From Deltaproteobacteria bacterium (GTDB taxonomy: Bacteria > Desulfobacterota > Deferrimicrobia > Deferrimicrobiales > Deferrimicrobiaceae), in the NCBI GenBank assembly GCA_003105225.1, contig PQAK01000147.1, forward strand, positions 1-44,762: a stretch of 44,762 bases of DNA, in the 5' to 3' direction. Below the pieces are notes generated by a model, which worked only from the letters and a program-made list of their open reading frames with translations, was not told where the DNA came from and made no database searches. Positions 17,973-26,867 of this stretch are shown piece by piece (position 1 is the stretch's first letter; each line of letters begins with the position of its first letter). The position numbers were made by a program, and so were the translations under genes.

Positions 17973-18049
17973 TGGTGGGCCATGAAGGATTCGAACCTTC
18001 AACCTCCTGATTAAGAGTCAGCTGCTCTGCCGGGTTGAGCTAATGGCCC
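17973..18049 (-). tRNA. tRNA-Lys (anticodon CUU), CCA encoded
   Basis: GGGCCAT-TA-GCTC-AACCCGGCA-GAGC-A-GCTGA-CTCTTAA-TCAGG-AGGTT-GAAGG-TTCGAAT-CCTTC-ATGGCCC-A-CCA (77 nt). Confidence 0.9.
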
Positions 18050-18065
18050 ACGCTGGGAAAGAACA

Positions 18066-18140
18066 TGGCGCGCCTGGGAGGAATCGAACCTCCGCACCCG
18101 GCTCCGGAGGCCGGTGCTCTATCCCCTGAGCTACAGGCGC
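18066..18140 (-). tRNA. tRNA-Arg (anticodon CCG), CCA encoded
   Basis: GCGCCTG-TA-GCTC-AGGGGATA-GAGC-A-CCGGC-CTCCGGA-GCCGG-GTGC-GGAGG-TTCGATT-CCTCC-CAGGCGC-G-CCA (75 nt). Confidence 0.9.
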
Positions 18141-18148
18141 CTGAAATT

Positions 18149-18225
18149 TGGGGTGAGTGATGGGGATTGAACCCACGACAGCCAGAGCCACAGTCTGGTG
18201 CTCTGCCAACTGAGCTACACTCACC
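18149..18225 (-). tRNA. tRNA-His (anticodon GUG) with genome-encoded G-1
   Basis: G-GTGAGTG-TA-GCTC-AGTTGGCA-GAGC-A-CCAGA-CTGTGGC-TCTGG-CTGTC-GTGGG-TTCAATC-CCCAT-CACTCAC-C-CCA. The G-1:C73 pair is the His identity feature. Confidence 0.9.
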
Positions 18226-18411
18226 GTCCGATCCAATGGCGAAAAGGAATTATACAAACCGCCATGCGGGGGGTCAACGTCAAATCCCGACGGCATCCCC
18301 GTGCAAAAAACCTCTTCTCCCTTCCGGTCTCCTGTTATCATATCACCATTGCCGAATGCATCGACGGGCCGCGCACCGGCCCCATTCCAGCATCCATACC
18401 GGAGGTGGCTC

Positions 18412-18849
18412 ATGAAGGGGAACCCGAAGATCATCGATGCCTTGAACAAGGTCCTGGAGCTGGAGATCGGCGCCATCCTGCAGTATCTCCACCACCACTG
18501 GACGGGTGACGGGATGGAGAGCGCGGCGATCCTGCCCCTCTTCGAGAAGACCAGCATGGACGAGATGAAGCATGCGGAACGCGTCGCCGAACGGATCAAC
18601 TTCCTCGAAGGCGATCCCTCCCTGAAGCCCGCTCCGGCCAAGAAGGGCGGGGACCTGCGGAAAATGATGCTGGACGACCTCGAGGGCGAGTACGGCGCCA
18701 TCGAGTACTACAAGACCGTCATCAAGCTCGCCGACGAGGCCGGGGACTCCACCACCCGGCTGATGATGGAAGAGATTGTCGCCCAGGAAGAGGAGCACGC
18801 CGACCTCTGGGAGACGATCCTCCAGAAGACCGGGAAAAAACTCCCGTAG
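18412..18849 (+). CDS. bfr: Bacterioferritin / ferritin-like diiron protein
   Basis: ATG at 18412 after GGAGGTGG. MKGNPKIIDALNKVLELEIGAILQYLHHHW...DEMKHAERVAERI...EEEHADLW gives the ExxH diiron ligands. 145 aa. Confidence 0.8.
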   Translation: MKGNPKIIDALNKVLELEIGAILQYLHHHWTGDGMESAAILPLFEKTSMDEMKHAERVAERINFLEGDPSLKPAPAKKGGDLRKMMLDDLEGEYGAIEYYKTVIKLADEAGDSTTRLMMEEIVAQEEEHADLWETILQKTGKKLP

Positions 18850-18925
18850 CACTTCGTTTCATCCGCAACGCCGGGAGGAATTGGCTTCGCTGCCTCGGAG
18901 GGGGGGGACTCCGCCGAACCGGCCT

Positions 18926-19170
18926 GCGACAGGCGCCTTCCGTAGGGGGCGTATACCGCAGCAGCAGGCGCATTTCCTTTGCCCGCCTTCTTCCTCGCGG
19001 GAGACTTCCTCGCAGCTACGCTCGCGACCTGCGACCGCTCGCTGCAGGTTCCGCTCGACGCAATCTTTGCCTCGCTCCACATGCCGCTGCGATGAAGCTC
19101 CCGCTGCGTCATCCGGCGCGGACAGGGAACGCGAGCTGTCGGAATGCGCCTCAAACGGAAGGCGCAGCCG
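18926..19170. other. GC-rich multi-stem structured spacer (element B) between convergent genes; possible ncRNA or degenerate repeat
   Basis: Three nested pairings: GGCGCCTTCCGT(18932-43) / ACGGAAGGCGC(19155-65); GGCGCAT(T)TCC(18967-77) / GGAATGCGCC(19141-50); CAGCT..CGCG(19013-26) / CGCGAGCTG(19130-38). These enclose local hairpins at 19027-19049 and 19091-19113. There is no plausible ORF. Confidence 0.35.
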
Positions 19171-19186
19171 AAGGAAAGCCCCCGGA

Positions 19187-19834
19187 CTATTTGACGATCC
19201 CCCTCTGGTATGCGAACTTGATCAGCCCCGCGCGCGTCCGGATGTCCAGTTTTTCCTGGAAGTTCGCGTAGTGGGCGACGACGGTCTTCACGCTGATATC
19301 GAGCAGGCTCGCGATCTCCTTGTGGGTGTGCCCTTCCGCGATCAGCTTCAGAACCTGCTTTTCCCGGTCCGTCAGCCTCTCGTAAGGATCCTCCGCGGCG
19401 GCGTCCTTCCGGCTCAGGTAGTCCCCGATCACGGAGGATGCGATCGCGGAGTACAGGTAGAACTCCCCTCTCGCGACCGCCCGGATCGACGAGATGAGAT
19501 CGGTCCCCACGGCGTGCTTCAGGATGTAGCCGGAGACGCCCGCCTTGAGCAGCCGGCTGACGTACTCCTTGTCGTCGTACTGGCTCAAGACGAGGATCCG
19601 GATCTCGGGGTTCGTCTTCTTCACCTCGATGGCGGCTTCGAGCCCCCCGAGCCCCGGCATCGCGATGTCCAGCAGGATGATGTCTGGCCGAAGCGTCTGC
19701 GCCTTCCGGATCGTCTCCATCCCGTCGGCAGCCTCGCCAACGACCTCGATGTCGTCGTGGAGCTTGAGGATCGCGATGATGCCCTCCCTCACCAGGGCGT
19801 GGTCATCCGCCACGAGGATCCGGATCTTCGCCAT
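19187..19834 (-). CDS. NarL/FixJ (LuxR-type HTH) response regulator
   Basis: MAKIRILVADDHALVREG..., DIILLDIAMPGLGG (phospho-acceptor Asp region). C-terminal LTDREKQVLKLIAEGHTHKEIASLLDISVKTV. The 396-aa track ORF extends upstream artefactually. Confidence 0.9.
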   Translation of the reverse strand: MAKIRILVADDHALVREGIIAILKLHDDIEVVGEAADGMETIRKAQTLRPDIILLDIAMPGLGGLEAAIEVKKTNPEIRILVLSQYDDKEYVSRLLKAGVSGYILKHAVGTDLISSIRAVARGEFYLYSAIASSVIGDYLSRKDAAAEDPYERLTDREKQVLKLIAEGHTHKEIASLLDISVKTVVAHYANFQEKLDIRTRAGLIKFAYQRGIVK

Positions 19835-19872
19835 GTCCCCCTCCGCCTTTCCGAAAAACCCGCCGGGCCCGG

Positions 19873-21708
19873 TCAGGTCGGGACGGGGATGAACACCTGG
19901 ATCCTCGTCCCCTTCCCCGGTTCCGACCAGATCGAAAGTTTGCCGTCCAGCAGGCGCACCCGCTCCTCCATCCCTACCAGCCCGAGTCCCAGGTGGGTGT
20001 TTTCCCGTTCGGTGTCGGTCGCCTTGCGCACATCGAACCCCTTGCCGTCGTCCTCGATCGAAAGCTCGATCCCCGCGTCGCCGAACGCCGCAACCACCGC
20101 CACATGCCTCGCGCCGGCGTGCTTGCTGATATTGATGATCGATTCCTGCACGACCCGGAACAGCGCCAGCTCGATTTTCGAATAGTCCAGCACGCCGCGG
20201 GTGCGGTCTTTCAGCCTCTCCCGGCTGCCGCTCGTGCGAAACTGGAACGGGATCCCCCGCTCCCCGATGTGCTTCTCCAGGACCCACTTGATCGCGGATT
20301 CCAGCCCCAGGTCGTCCAGGATCGGGGGGCGGAGGTCCTTGATCATCTGGTGGACGCCTTTCAGCATCGCCATGCACTGTTCCCGGATCTGCAGGAGCTG
20401 CTTCCGGATGGGGTCGTACTCCGAGAAGTGGATGACGATCGAATCCAGCGCAATCAGGATGGCATTCAGGGACTGGCTCGTGTCGTCGTGCAACTCCCGG
20501 GCGATCCGCTTCCTCTCCTCCTCCTCCACGGTGAACACTTTCCGCAGCAGCGTCGCCAGCTTTTCCTTGCTGCGGTTCAGCTCCTTCGTCCGCTCCGCCA
20601 CCCGGCTTTCCAGCTCGACGCTGTAGGACTGGATGCTCTCGAGGGATTCGGCAAGCTTGATCCGCATCTCATCGAAGCTCTGGCTCAGCGTCCCGATTTC
20701 GTCCTTCGTGGACACCTCGATCGGGTCCCGGAGATTGCCGCGGGCGATCCGCTGCGTGGCGGTGATCAATGACCGCACGGGCCGGACGATGCTCCGGGAG
20801 AGCCCGATGGCGAGCAGGGTCGCGGTAATGATGGAGATGACGCTCAAGACCACGAACCCTTCCCGCAGGTGGACCGACGGCAGGAAAACCGCTTCCTGCG
20901 GGTCCCTCACGATGACCCCCCAGGGGGCCATGGAGAGGGGGGCGAACGCCAGCATGTCCTTTTCCCTCCTGCTGTCGGGGGAGCTCTCCTTGCACCGGTG
21001 GCAGTTGAGGACCGTCGCCTTCTTCTCGTTCATGAGATTTCCCAGGAACTTGTACCGCTCGCTGCAGGTGAGAATCCGCCGGGGATCGTTGGACGCGATG
21101 ATGATCCCCCGGCTGTCGACCAGCTCGATGAAGGTATCGGATCCCGTCGGGATGGTGCGGATGATCTGCGCCAGGAGGTAGTTGGTGGGATCGATCTCGC
21201 CGCCCGCCGCGCCGACGATCTCCCCGTTCCTGTTCCGCAAGGGGACCAGGGCGAAGATGATTTTCCTCTGGGTGGGGGTGATCGTGTAGATGTCCGAGAT
21301 GACCGGCTTGAGCTCCGTGAGGGTCCTGCTGACATAGGGGATGCCCAGCAGGTTGACCTTGTCGTCTTCCTGGTGCGGGTAGGAGATCGCGATGTTTCCG
21401 TACCGGTCCAGCAGGAAGACCCTGCCCGTGAAGATCGAGTAATCGATCGCCGCCTTGAGGACCTTCTTCTCGGGCTCCCAGTCGCCGTCCTCGAAATCCA
21501 CCTTGCCGGATAGCGAGATGTCGTAGAGCCGCTTGAGGTTGCTCTCGAGGACGTAGTCGACGTACTTGCCGATGATGTTGGCGAGGGCCAGCCGGCTCTC
21601 CAGGGAGCGCTTGATGCTGGCGTTCACGCTCAGGTAGCTGATGACCCCGAGGCTCACCAGGATGATGCTCATGTTCAGGATCAGCAGGACGATGATTCGC
21701 TTCTTCAC
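19873..21708 (-). CDS. Sensor histidine kinase: N-terminal TM, periplasmic Cache-like domain, TM, HAMP, HisKA_3, HATPase
   Basis: GTG start. HAMP region RPVRSLITATQRIARGNL. H-box ARELHDDTSQSL (NarX/DesK type). N/G boxes NISKHAGA, DDGKGF, GLGLVGMEERV. Confidence 0.85.
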   Translation of the reverse strand: MKKRIIVLLILNMSIILVSLGVISYLSVNASIKRSLESRLALANIIGKYVDYVLESNLKRLYDISLSGKVDFEDGDWEPEKKVLKAAIDYSIFTGRVFLLDRYGNIAISYPHQEDDKVNLLGIPYVSRTLTELKPVISDIYTITPTQRKIIFALVPLRNRNGEIVGAAGGEIDPTNYLLAQIIRTIPTGSDTFIELVDSRGIIIASNDPRRILTCSERYKFLGNLMNEKKATVLNCHRCKESSPDSRREKDMLAFAPLSMAPWGVIVRDPQEAVFLPSVHLREGFVVLSVISIITATLLAIGLSRSIVRPVRSLITATQRIARGNLRDPIEVSTKDEIGTLSQSFDEMRIKLAESLESIQSYSVELESRVAERTKELNRSKEKLATLLRKVFTVEEEERKRIARELHDDTSQSLNAILIALDSIVIHFSEYDPIRKQLLQIREQCMAMLKGVHQMIKDLRPPILDDLGLESAIKWVLEKHIGERGIPFQFRTSGSRERLKDRTRGVLDYSKIELALFRVVQESIINISKHAGARHVAVVAAFGDAGIELSIEDDGKGFDVRKATDTERENTHLGLGLVGMEERVRLLDGKLSIWSEPGKGTRIQVFIPVPT

Positions 21709-21798
21709 GTTCCGGGCGCCAAGGGGGGGGCCCTCGTTTCCTTCGCAGGCCGGTTGACAGGTTGAACCGCCGGAAGCACGGGTAAATCGCCCAACGTC

Positions 21799-21827
21799 AA
21801 TGTAATCGCAATGCGCAAGACCGTCAA
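21799..21827 (-). promoter_or_regulatory. Candidate sigma70 promoter for the kinase/regulator operon
   Basis: On the minus strand: TTGACG (21827-21822), 17 nt spacer, TACATT (21804-21799). It lies about 90 nt upstream of the kinase start. Confidence 0.45.
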
Positions 21828-21833
21828 CGGTTT

Positions 21834-21867
21834 CCGTTTCCCGGCCTTCCGCGCCGCCGGGAAACGG
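21834..21867 (-). terminator. 12-bp perfect hairpin downstream of the cytochrome b gene
   Basis: CCGTTTCCCGGC-N10-GCCGGGAAACGG, 5 nt after the stop at 21872. It lacks a clear U-tract. Confidence 0.5.
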
Positions 21868-21871
21868 CGTT

Positions 21872-22636
21872 TCACGGGACCCCGGGCTCCGGGCGAGGCT
21901 TGACCGCGGCCGCTTCCTTGTGGCCGTTCCCGAGCAGCTCCTCGACCTCCACCCCCTCGATCGCGGCGAGCTCGATGGGATGCTCCCGGAGCATCCGTTC
22001 GCGGGAGATGTCCCCCGTGAAGATGGTCGTGTCGAGGGGGAACGCCTCCGGGCTGAAGATCGCGTTGTAGATGTGCCAGATCGCGTTGATGAGGAAGATC
22101 AGGAGGGCCTCGTTGGAGTGCAGCGCCTTGGCGGCGGGGATGCTCTCTCCGGGCAGCACGCGCGTGAAGAACGTGGGCAGCCACAAAACGGCCCCCGTTC
22201 CCATCATCAGGACGCCGCCCACCAGGATCGTCCAGTATTCGAACTTTTCCATGTAGTCGTAGCGGTCGCACCGGGCGAGATGCTCCTCCAGCCCGAAGTA
22301 GTACCGGATGTTGTGGACGGCGTCCTGGAGGTCCCCCTTCTTGATGAACATGGACGGCCCCCACCTTCCGCGGGCGATGCCTCCGACCGCGATCGCGATA
22401 TGCAGGATCAGCTCGAAGGAAAACAGGACTCCCGCGCAGCGGTGGATCAACCGGACGTTGTCGATCCCGCTCATCTTCAGGATGAACCACTGGGCGGAAT
22501 CCACGTACCAGAACCGCTGGCACAGCCCCGTCGCGAAGAGGACGACGGTGGACAGGATGATCCCCCAGTGCTCCAGGATCCGGTACCCGCTGAACCTTCT
22601 CATCTTTTTCTTTCCCGTCTCCATCGGCGCCCCCAT
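21872..22636 (-). CDS. Membrane di-heme cytochrome b (FdnI / thiosulfate-reductase CytB-like family)
   Basis: RILEHWGIILSTVVLFATG, conserved His in TM helices (HRCAGVLF, HIAIA, HSNEALL, WHIYN). Last gene of the respiratory operon. Confidence 0.8.
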   Translation of the reverse strand: MGAPMETGKKKMRRFSGYRILEHWGIILSTVVLFATGLCQRFWYVDSAQWFILKMSGIDNVRLIHRCAGVLFSFELILHIAIAVGGIARGRWGPSMFIKKGDLQDAVHNIRYYFGLEEHLARCDRYDYMEKFEYWTILVGGVLMMGTGAVLWLPTFFTRVLPGESIPAAKALHSNEALLIFLINAIWHIYNAIFSPEAFPLDTTIFTGDISRERMLREHPIELAAIEGVEVEELLGNGHKEAAAVKPRPEPGVP

Positions 22637-22655
22637 CCCCCGTTCCTTCCCGTTG

Positions 22656-24107
22656 TCACCGGTTGACCGCGTACCGCCAGATGTGCAGGAAGATCTGCAG
22701 AACGAACCCCAGCCCCATGAGCGGGATGAAGATCCGGTAGGCCGTGTTGACGAGGAAGATCATCGGGTACTTGGAGAGAGACGGCTTGTAGTGCGACAGC
22801 CAGGCGTCGGGGAAGTTCTCGTTGGCGTCCTTGTGGCACTTCTGGCACCGCTTGACGAGGTTGGCCTTGACCACGACGGGATCGGAGCTCGCGGCGCCGG
22901 TGATGTTGTGGGTGCCGTGGCAGTCCGTGCATACGGCGATCGGCCTGGCCGGCTTGTAGAGCTGCTCCCGCTGCTTCCGGTACAACCCGAGGGTAACCCC
23001 GTGGAAGTCGGATAGGTAGGCGTTCAGGACTCCCGTCGACAGCCCGTACTTGCTGACGATCGCCGGGTTCGCGTGGCAGTTCCCGCACATCTGGGGGATC
23101 TTCTCGTGGTACTCGAGCGTCAGCGGATTGTCGATGTTGTGCGCCGTGTGGCAGTCGATGCACACCGGGACGTCCTGGTTCTGCTCGTTGAAGAGGGCAT
23201 TGCCGTGGACGCTCTTGGCATACACCTCGTAGACGCCGGGGTGGCACTTCCGGCACTTCTGGGTGGTGATCGTTCTCCCCTTGACCCCCCGGGTGATGTG
23301 GTGGATCACGTGGGAGCCGTGGCAGTCGTTGCACACCGGGGCCGACAGGTTCCCCTGGCTCAAGACCGTGTAGTGGACGCTGTCCAGGGTCTTCGTGTAC
23401 TTGTCGAAGTGGCACCTTCGGCAGCTCTCGGATGCGGTGATCGTATAGTCCCTCCGGCTCCGGAAGTTCCTCTTGGGGTGCTCTTCCGAGGAAAAGCCGT
23501 AATGGCAGTCCGAACACCGCAGCTTGTCGTGGGCGTTGTCCTCCGCGGTCGACATCTCCACCGTGAGCGGGATCTTCTCGTTGTTTCGGCACGTCATGGA
23601 CATTTCGTGCTGGTGGCAGCTCATGCAGTACTGCTTTTCGCTCTTGATGATCTTCCCCCCCGCGACGGGGTTCCCGGAATGCGCATCGTGGCAGTCCGTG
23701 CAGATGGAGGAGATCCCCTCCTTCTCGCGGAGCAGCAGGTTCGCGTGGATCGGCTTGGCCTTGATCTGCTCGGCCGCATGGCATCCCCGGCACACGGCCG
23801 AGGCCCGCATCCGGTACTGGTCCCGGGTAGCGAACCTGCGGGCGGGATGCGCATCCGCCGAGAAATCGGTGTGGCACCGGGAGCAGGCGAGGGCGTTGTG
23901 GACCGAGACCTTGTATTTCGCGGGGTTTACATACGTCGGAATCGAATCCCCGTTTGCCAGCTTGAAGAAGGATCCTTTCTTCCCGTGGCATTGCAGGCAT
24001 TTCAGCGATTCCGCGGAAAGCTCCGCGTCCCCGGCGTGCACCGCCGGGGACGCGGCCGCCATCAGGAGAACCGCCAGCCCGAGGATCAGCTTCATCCCCT
24101 GTTTCAT
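22656..24107 (-). CDS. Periplasmic multiheme c-type cytochrome: 13 CxxCH motifs, Sec signal, C-terminal TM anchor
   Basis: I count 13 CxxCH motifs: CLQCH, CSRCH, CRGCH, CTDCH, CMSCH, CSDCH, CRRCH, CNDCH, CRKCH, CIDCH, CGNCH, CTDCH, CQKCH. Hydrophobic C-terminus MIFLVNTAYRIFIPLMGLGFVLQIF. Confidence 0.9.
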   Translation of the reverse strand: MKQGMKLILGLAVLLMAAASPAVHAGDAELSAESLKCLQCHGKKGSFFKLANGDSIPTYVNPAKYKVSVHNALACSRCHTDFSADAHPARRFATRDQYRMRASAVCRGCHAAEQIKAKPIHANLLLREKEGISSICTDCHDAHSGNPVAGGKIIKSEKQYCMSCHQHEMSMTCRNNEKIPLTVEMSTAEDNAHDKLRCSDCHYGFSSEEHPKRNFRSRRDYTITASESCRRCHFDKYTKTLDSVHYTVLSQGNLSAPVCNDCHGSHVIHHITRGVKGRTITTQKCRKCHPGVYEVYAKSVHGNALFNEQNQDVPVCIDCHTAHNIDNPLTLEYHEKIPQMCGNCHANPAIVSKYGLSTGVLNAYLSDFHGVTLGLYRKQREQLYKPARPIAVCTDCHGTHNITGAASSDPVVVKANLVKRCQKCHKDANENFPDAWLSHYKPSLSKYPMIFLVNTAYRIFIPLMGLGFVLQIFLHIWRYAVNR

Positions 24108-24146
24108 GCGCGTCCCTCCTTTTGGGGAGACAAGGGAGCCATTACG

Positions 24147-25388
24147 TCATCCATGCCCCTCCGGGAAGTCCGGGTGCTCCCGAAGCACGGGCATGCGGTT
24201 CAGGATCCATCGGAACAGGAGGACGTGGAAGGTGATGATGGACAGGACGATCGCGACCTCCCTCGCCGGGGGGATGATGTCATGGAAGTGATTCGGCAGG
24301 TTCCAGTTGAACATGAGGATGGAGACGTTGAGCCGGTTCAGGATGATCCCCGCGACGGCATGGAAGGCGCCCCACCGGACGAGGGTCGCGCTTCCCTTTT
24401 TCACGCCCACGGTAAGAACGATCCCGGGGGCGAGGATGAACAGGAGGATTTCGGCGAGGAACCAGATGCCGTACGGGGTGCGCAGCAGCGCCCAGTTGTC
24501 GTCGTGGGCCACCCCGATCAGCTTCAGCGCGAAGAAGACGAACATGACGATGCACGCCGCCTTTCCGAGGCCGACGGTCTGCGGGTCGAGGTTCGACAGG
24601 AACTGGTGGTCCGCCTTGTCCCGGAGCCACCTCGCCGCCACGGTGCTCACCGCGATCACCATGCAGAGCCCCGCGTAGATGCTGGAGATGAAGAAGAACA
24701 CGGGGATGAACGCCGAGTACCACAGCGGGTGGAGCTTCCCCGGCGCCAGGAGGAACAGCGCGCCCAGCGCGGACTGGTGGAGCGTGGAGAGGATCACGCC
24801 GCCGATCGTCATCCCGACGGTGATCAGGATCGCCCACTTCCGCGTCCTGCGCGCCTGGATCCACTCGAGGATCGCCGGGCTGAATTCCAGCAGCTGGACG
24901 GTCAGGTACGTCGCGACGTGCCAGGCGACGAGGAAGAGGACGGAGGTGGGGCCGTAGGAAACCGCCATGGGGTAGTAGATCCTCCAGGGGCGGCCGATGT
25001 CGATCAGGAGGTAGATGACCGCGAAGAGGTAACCCATGAAACCGGTCAGGACCCCGAGCCGTACCAGGGAATGATACTGCTTGTACCCGAAGATGTATAC
25101 CGCGGTCGCCATCACGTACCCCGTCGCCGAGAGGGGGACGCCGGAGAAGAGCCCCCATCCGAGCAGGATGCTCCAGGGATACTCGTTGGAGGCGTGGGTC
25201 ACCGCCGCCAGGCCTTTCGCGAAGCGGACCCCGATCAGCGGGAAACCGATGCACAGGATGATCATCGCCACGATGTTGAACGGCGTGATGAGCGTTCTTG
25301 CGTATTCGGAGAGGGGCATCCCCATCAGCAGCTTGTCGGCGAAGCGTACGGGGAATCCGGCCTCTTTCGCGATGGTGTCCTCCTTCAT
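24147..25388 (-). CDS. NrfD/PsrC/HybB-family integral membrane quinone-interacting subunit
   Basis: ATG at 25388 overlaps the FeS gene stop (ATGA). About 10 TM segments. PFNIVAMIILCIG..., GRPWRIYYP, LHQSALGALFLLAPGKLHPLWYS are typical of this family. The upstream part of track ORF 24147..25751 is artefactual. Confidence 0.85.
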   Translation of the reverse strand: MKEDTIAKEAGFPVRFADKLLMGMPLSEYARTLITPFNIVAMIILCIGFPLIGVRFAKGLAAVTHASNEYPWSILLGWGLFSGVPLSATGYVMATAVYIFGYKQYHSLVRLGVLTGFMGYLFAVIYLLIDIGRPWRIYYPMAVSYGPTSVLFLVAWHVATYLTVQLLEFSPAILEWIQARRTRKWAILITVGMTIGGVILSTLHQSALGALFLLAPGKLHPLWYSAFIPVFFFISSIYAGLCMVIAVSTVAARWLRDKADHQFLSNLDPQTVGLGKAACIVMFVFFALKLIGVAHDDNWALLRTPYGIWFLAEILLFILAPGIVLTVGVKKGSATLVRWGAFHAVAGIILNRLNVSILMFNWNLPNHFHDIIPPAREVAIVLSIITFHVLLFRWILNRMPVLREHPDFPEGHG

Positions 25389-26368
25389 TCCTTCCCCTCC
25401 TTGTTCCGGGTGGATGCGTAGCACATTCCCAGGAGAGCCGGCCAGATCGTGAGGACCAGGGGCACGGCGGACAGGAACCCCTTCGTCTGCTCCACCAGCG
25501 GCTTCTCCACGAGGTTCGCGGGGAAATCCAACCGGTCGAAGGGAACTCCGGACAGGTACAGCCAGCTCGTCCCCCCGACCTCGTACTCGCCGAAGATGTG
25601 GTCGACGTACCGGTCCGGGTTCTTCCGGATCCGTTCCCTCGCGGCCCGGATGAGGTCCGACCGCTTGCCGAAGGTGACCGCTCCCACGGGGCAGGCCTCG
25701 GCGCAGGCCGGAATCCCCCCGTTCTTCACCCGGCCGTGGCACATGGTGCACTTGACGATCCGGGGATCCAGCGCGCTTTCATAGTCGTAGGCCGGGACGT
25801 AGAAGGGGCACGCGACCATGCAGTAGCGGCAGCCGAAGCACACGTCCTTGTTGTAGAGCACCGCGCCTTCGGGGGTCTTCGTGTAGGCCCGCACGGGGCA
25901 GGCGGAGGCGCACCCGGGCTCGTTGCAGTGGTTGCACTGCACCTTGCGATACAGGGGCTTGTCGGAGGATTTCGGGTTTTCGTACCGGTTGACCACCGTG
26001 TAGGCCGAGGCCGTCGGCCGCCTCTTCTTCTCGAAGACCGACTTCTCGTCGAAGGGGACTTCCGGCTCCGGCAGCCCGTTCGCCCGGTTGCACGCCTTCT
26101 CGCAGGTGCGGCAGCCGACGCATTCGGTCAGGTCCGTGAGCATCCCCTTGCGGTCGGGCCATCCCTTTATCTTGTTGTCGGCAAACACCTCCGCCGACGC
26201 GCCGACCAGGGTGGCCCCGCCGGCGGCCGCAAGGGTCTGCAGCACCCGCCGCCGGCTGAGCGTCGCCTTTCCCGCCTCCTCGTTCTTCCCCGACGGATGT
26301 TGCCCTTCCGGGACGTTGCCTCCCGGGATGTTCCTTTTCGGGATGTCAGCCACGGAGAACCTCCTCAT
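25385..26368 (-). CDS. Tat-exported 4x[4Fe-4S] ferredoxin subunit (HybA/NrfC/DmsB-like) with a C-terminal TM segment
   Basis: Twin-arginine signal SRRRVLQTLAAAGGATL. Four Cys clusters: CVGCRTCEKAC, CNHCNEPGCASACP, CFGCRYCMVACP, CTMCH..PACAEACP. Confidence 0.9.
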   Translation of the reverse strand: MRRFSVADIPKRNIPGGNVPEGQHPSGKNEEAGKATLSRRRVLQTLAAAGGATLVGASAEVFADNKIKGWPDRKGMLTDLTECVGCRTCEKACNRANGLPEPEVPFDEKSVFEKKRRPTASAYTVVNRYENPKSSDKPLYRKVQCNHCNEPGCASACPVRAYTKTPEGAVLYNKDVCFGCRYCMVACPFYVPAYDYESALDPRIVKCTMCHGRVKNGGIPACAEACPVGAVTFGKRSDLIRAARERIRKNPDRYVDHIFGEYEVGGTSWLYLSGVPFDRLDFPANLVEKPLVEQTKGFLSAVPLVLTIWPALLGMCYASTRNKEGKE

Positions 26369-26387
26369 CCCCTCTATAGGGGTATTC

Positions 26388-26867
26388 TCACTTTTTCCCG
26401 TCCAGCCTCGCTTGCGCCGCCGGGACGTGGCACATCTCGGTGCACCCCTTCGGGTCCTTGCCGACGGTGCCCACGTCCCCCCTGTGGCATTTGAAGCAGG
26501 CCTGATGGTAAGCCGCCTTGAGGGTCGGCCGGTCGATTCCGGCGCCGGGCCCGGCGGATGCGGAATGGCACTCCCGGCAGGGCTTGAGCATGCCCGCGTT
26601 CACGTTCTTTTTGAAAGCGGAGGGGTCGGTCCGGTGGCACTGGGTGCAGGATCGGACGTCCGTCGAGCCGTGCTGATGATGGCAGTCCGCGCATCCCCCG
26701 GCCGTGGAGACGTGGCCGGAATGGTTGAACCGCACCGGTTCGTAAACCCGGGACAGGCTTCCCAGCACGAGTTCCTTCGGAACGTTCCCGACCCCGGCCT
26801 TTTCCCCGGCGGCGGAGACCCCGGCCCAGAGGGCAATGGCCATCACGACGACGGTTGCGTTCTTCAC
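26388..26867 (-). CDS. Cytochrome c3-family periplasmic multiheme cytochrome (4 CxxCH plus 1 CxxxCH)
   Basis: GTG at 26867 after AAGGAG. Signal peptide VKNATVVVMAIALWAGVSAA. Heme motifs CADCH, CTQCH, CRECH, CFKCH, CTEMCH. Confidence 0.8.
   Translation of the reverse strand: MKNATVVVMAIALWAGVSAAGEKAGVGNVPKELVLGSLSRVYEPVRFNHSGHVSTAGGCADCHHQHGSTDVRSCTQCHRTDPSAFKKNVNAGMLKPCRECHSASAGPGAGIDRPTLKAAYHQACFKCHRGDVGTVGKDPKGCTEMCHVPAAQARLDGKK

Noticed and set aside
19165-19190. GAAGGAAAGCCCCCGGAC resembling the RNase P RNA CR-I box (GAGGAAAGUCCGGGC).
   Set aside because: The match is imperfect, and an RNA extending from here would run into the response regulator coding sequence. No other RNase P conserved regions are nearby.
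26366-26390. Recurring CCCCTATA/TATAGGGG strings near three minus-strand gene starts (about 26375, 27725 and 33503).
   Set aside because: The strings are short (8 nt), their contexts and distances to the start codons differ, and they are not clearly palindromic in all copies. This is insufficient to call a regulatory motif.
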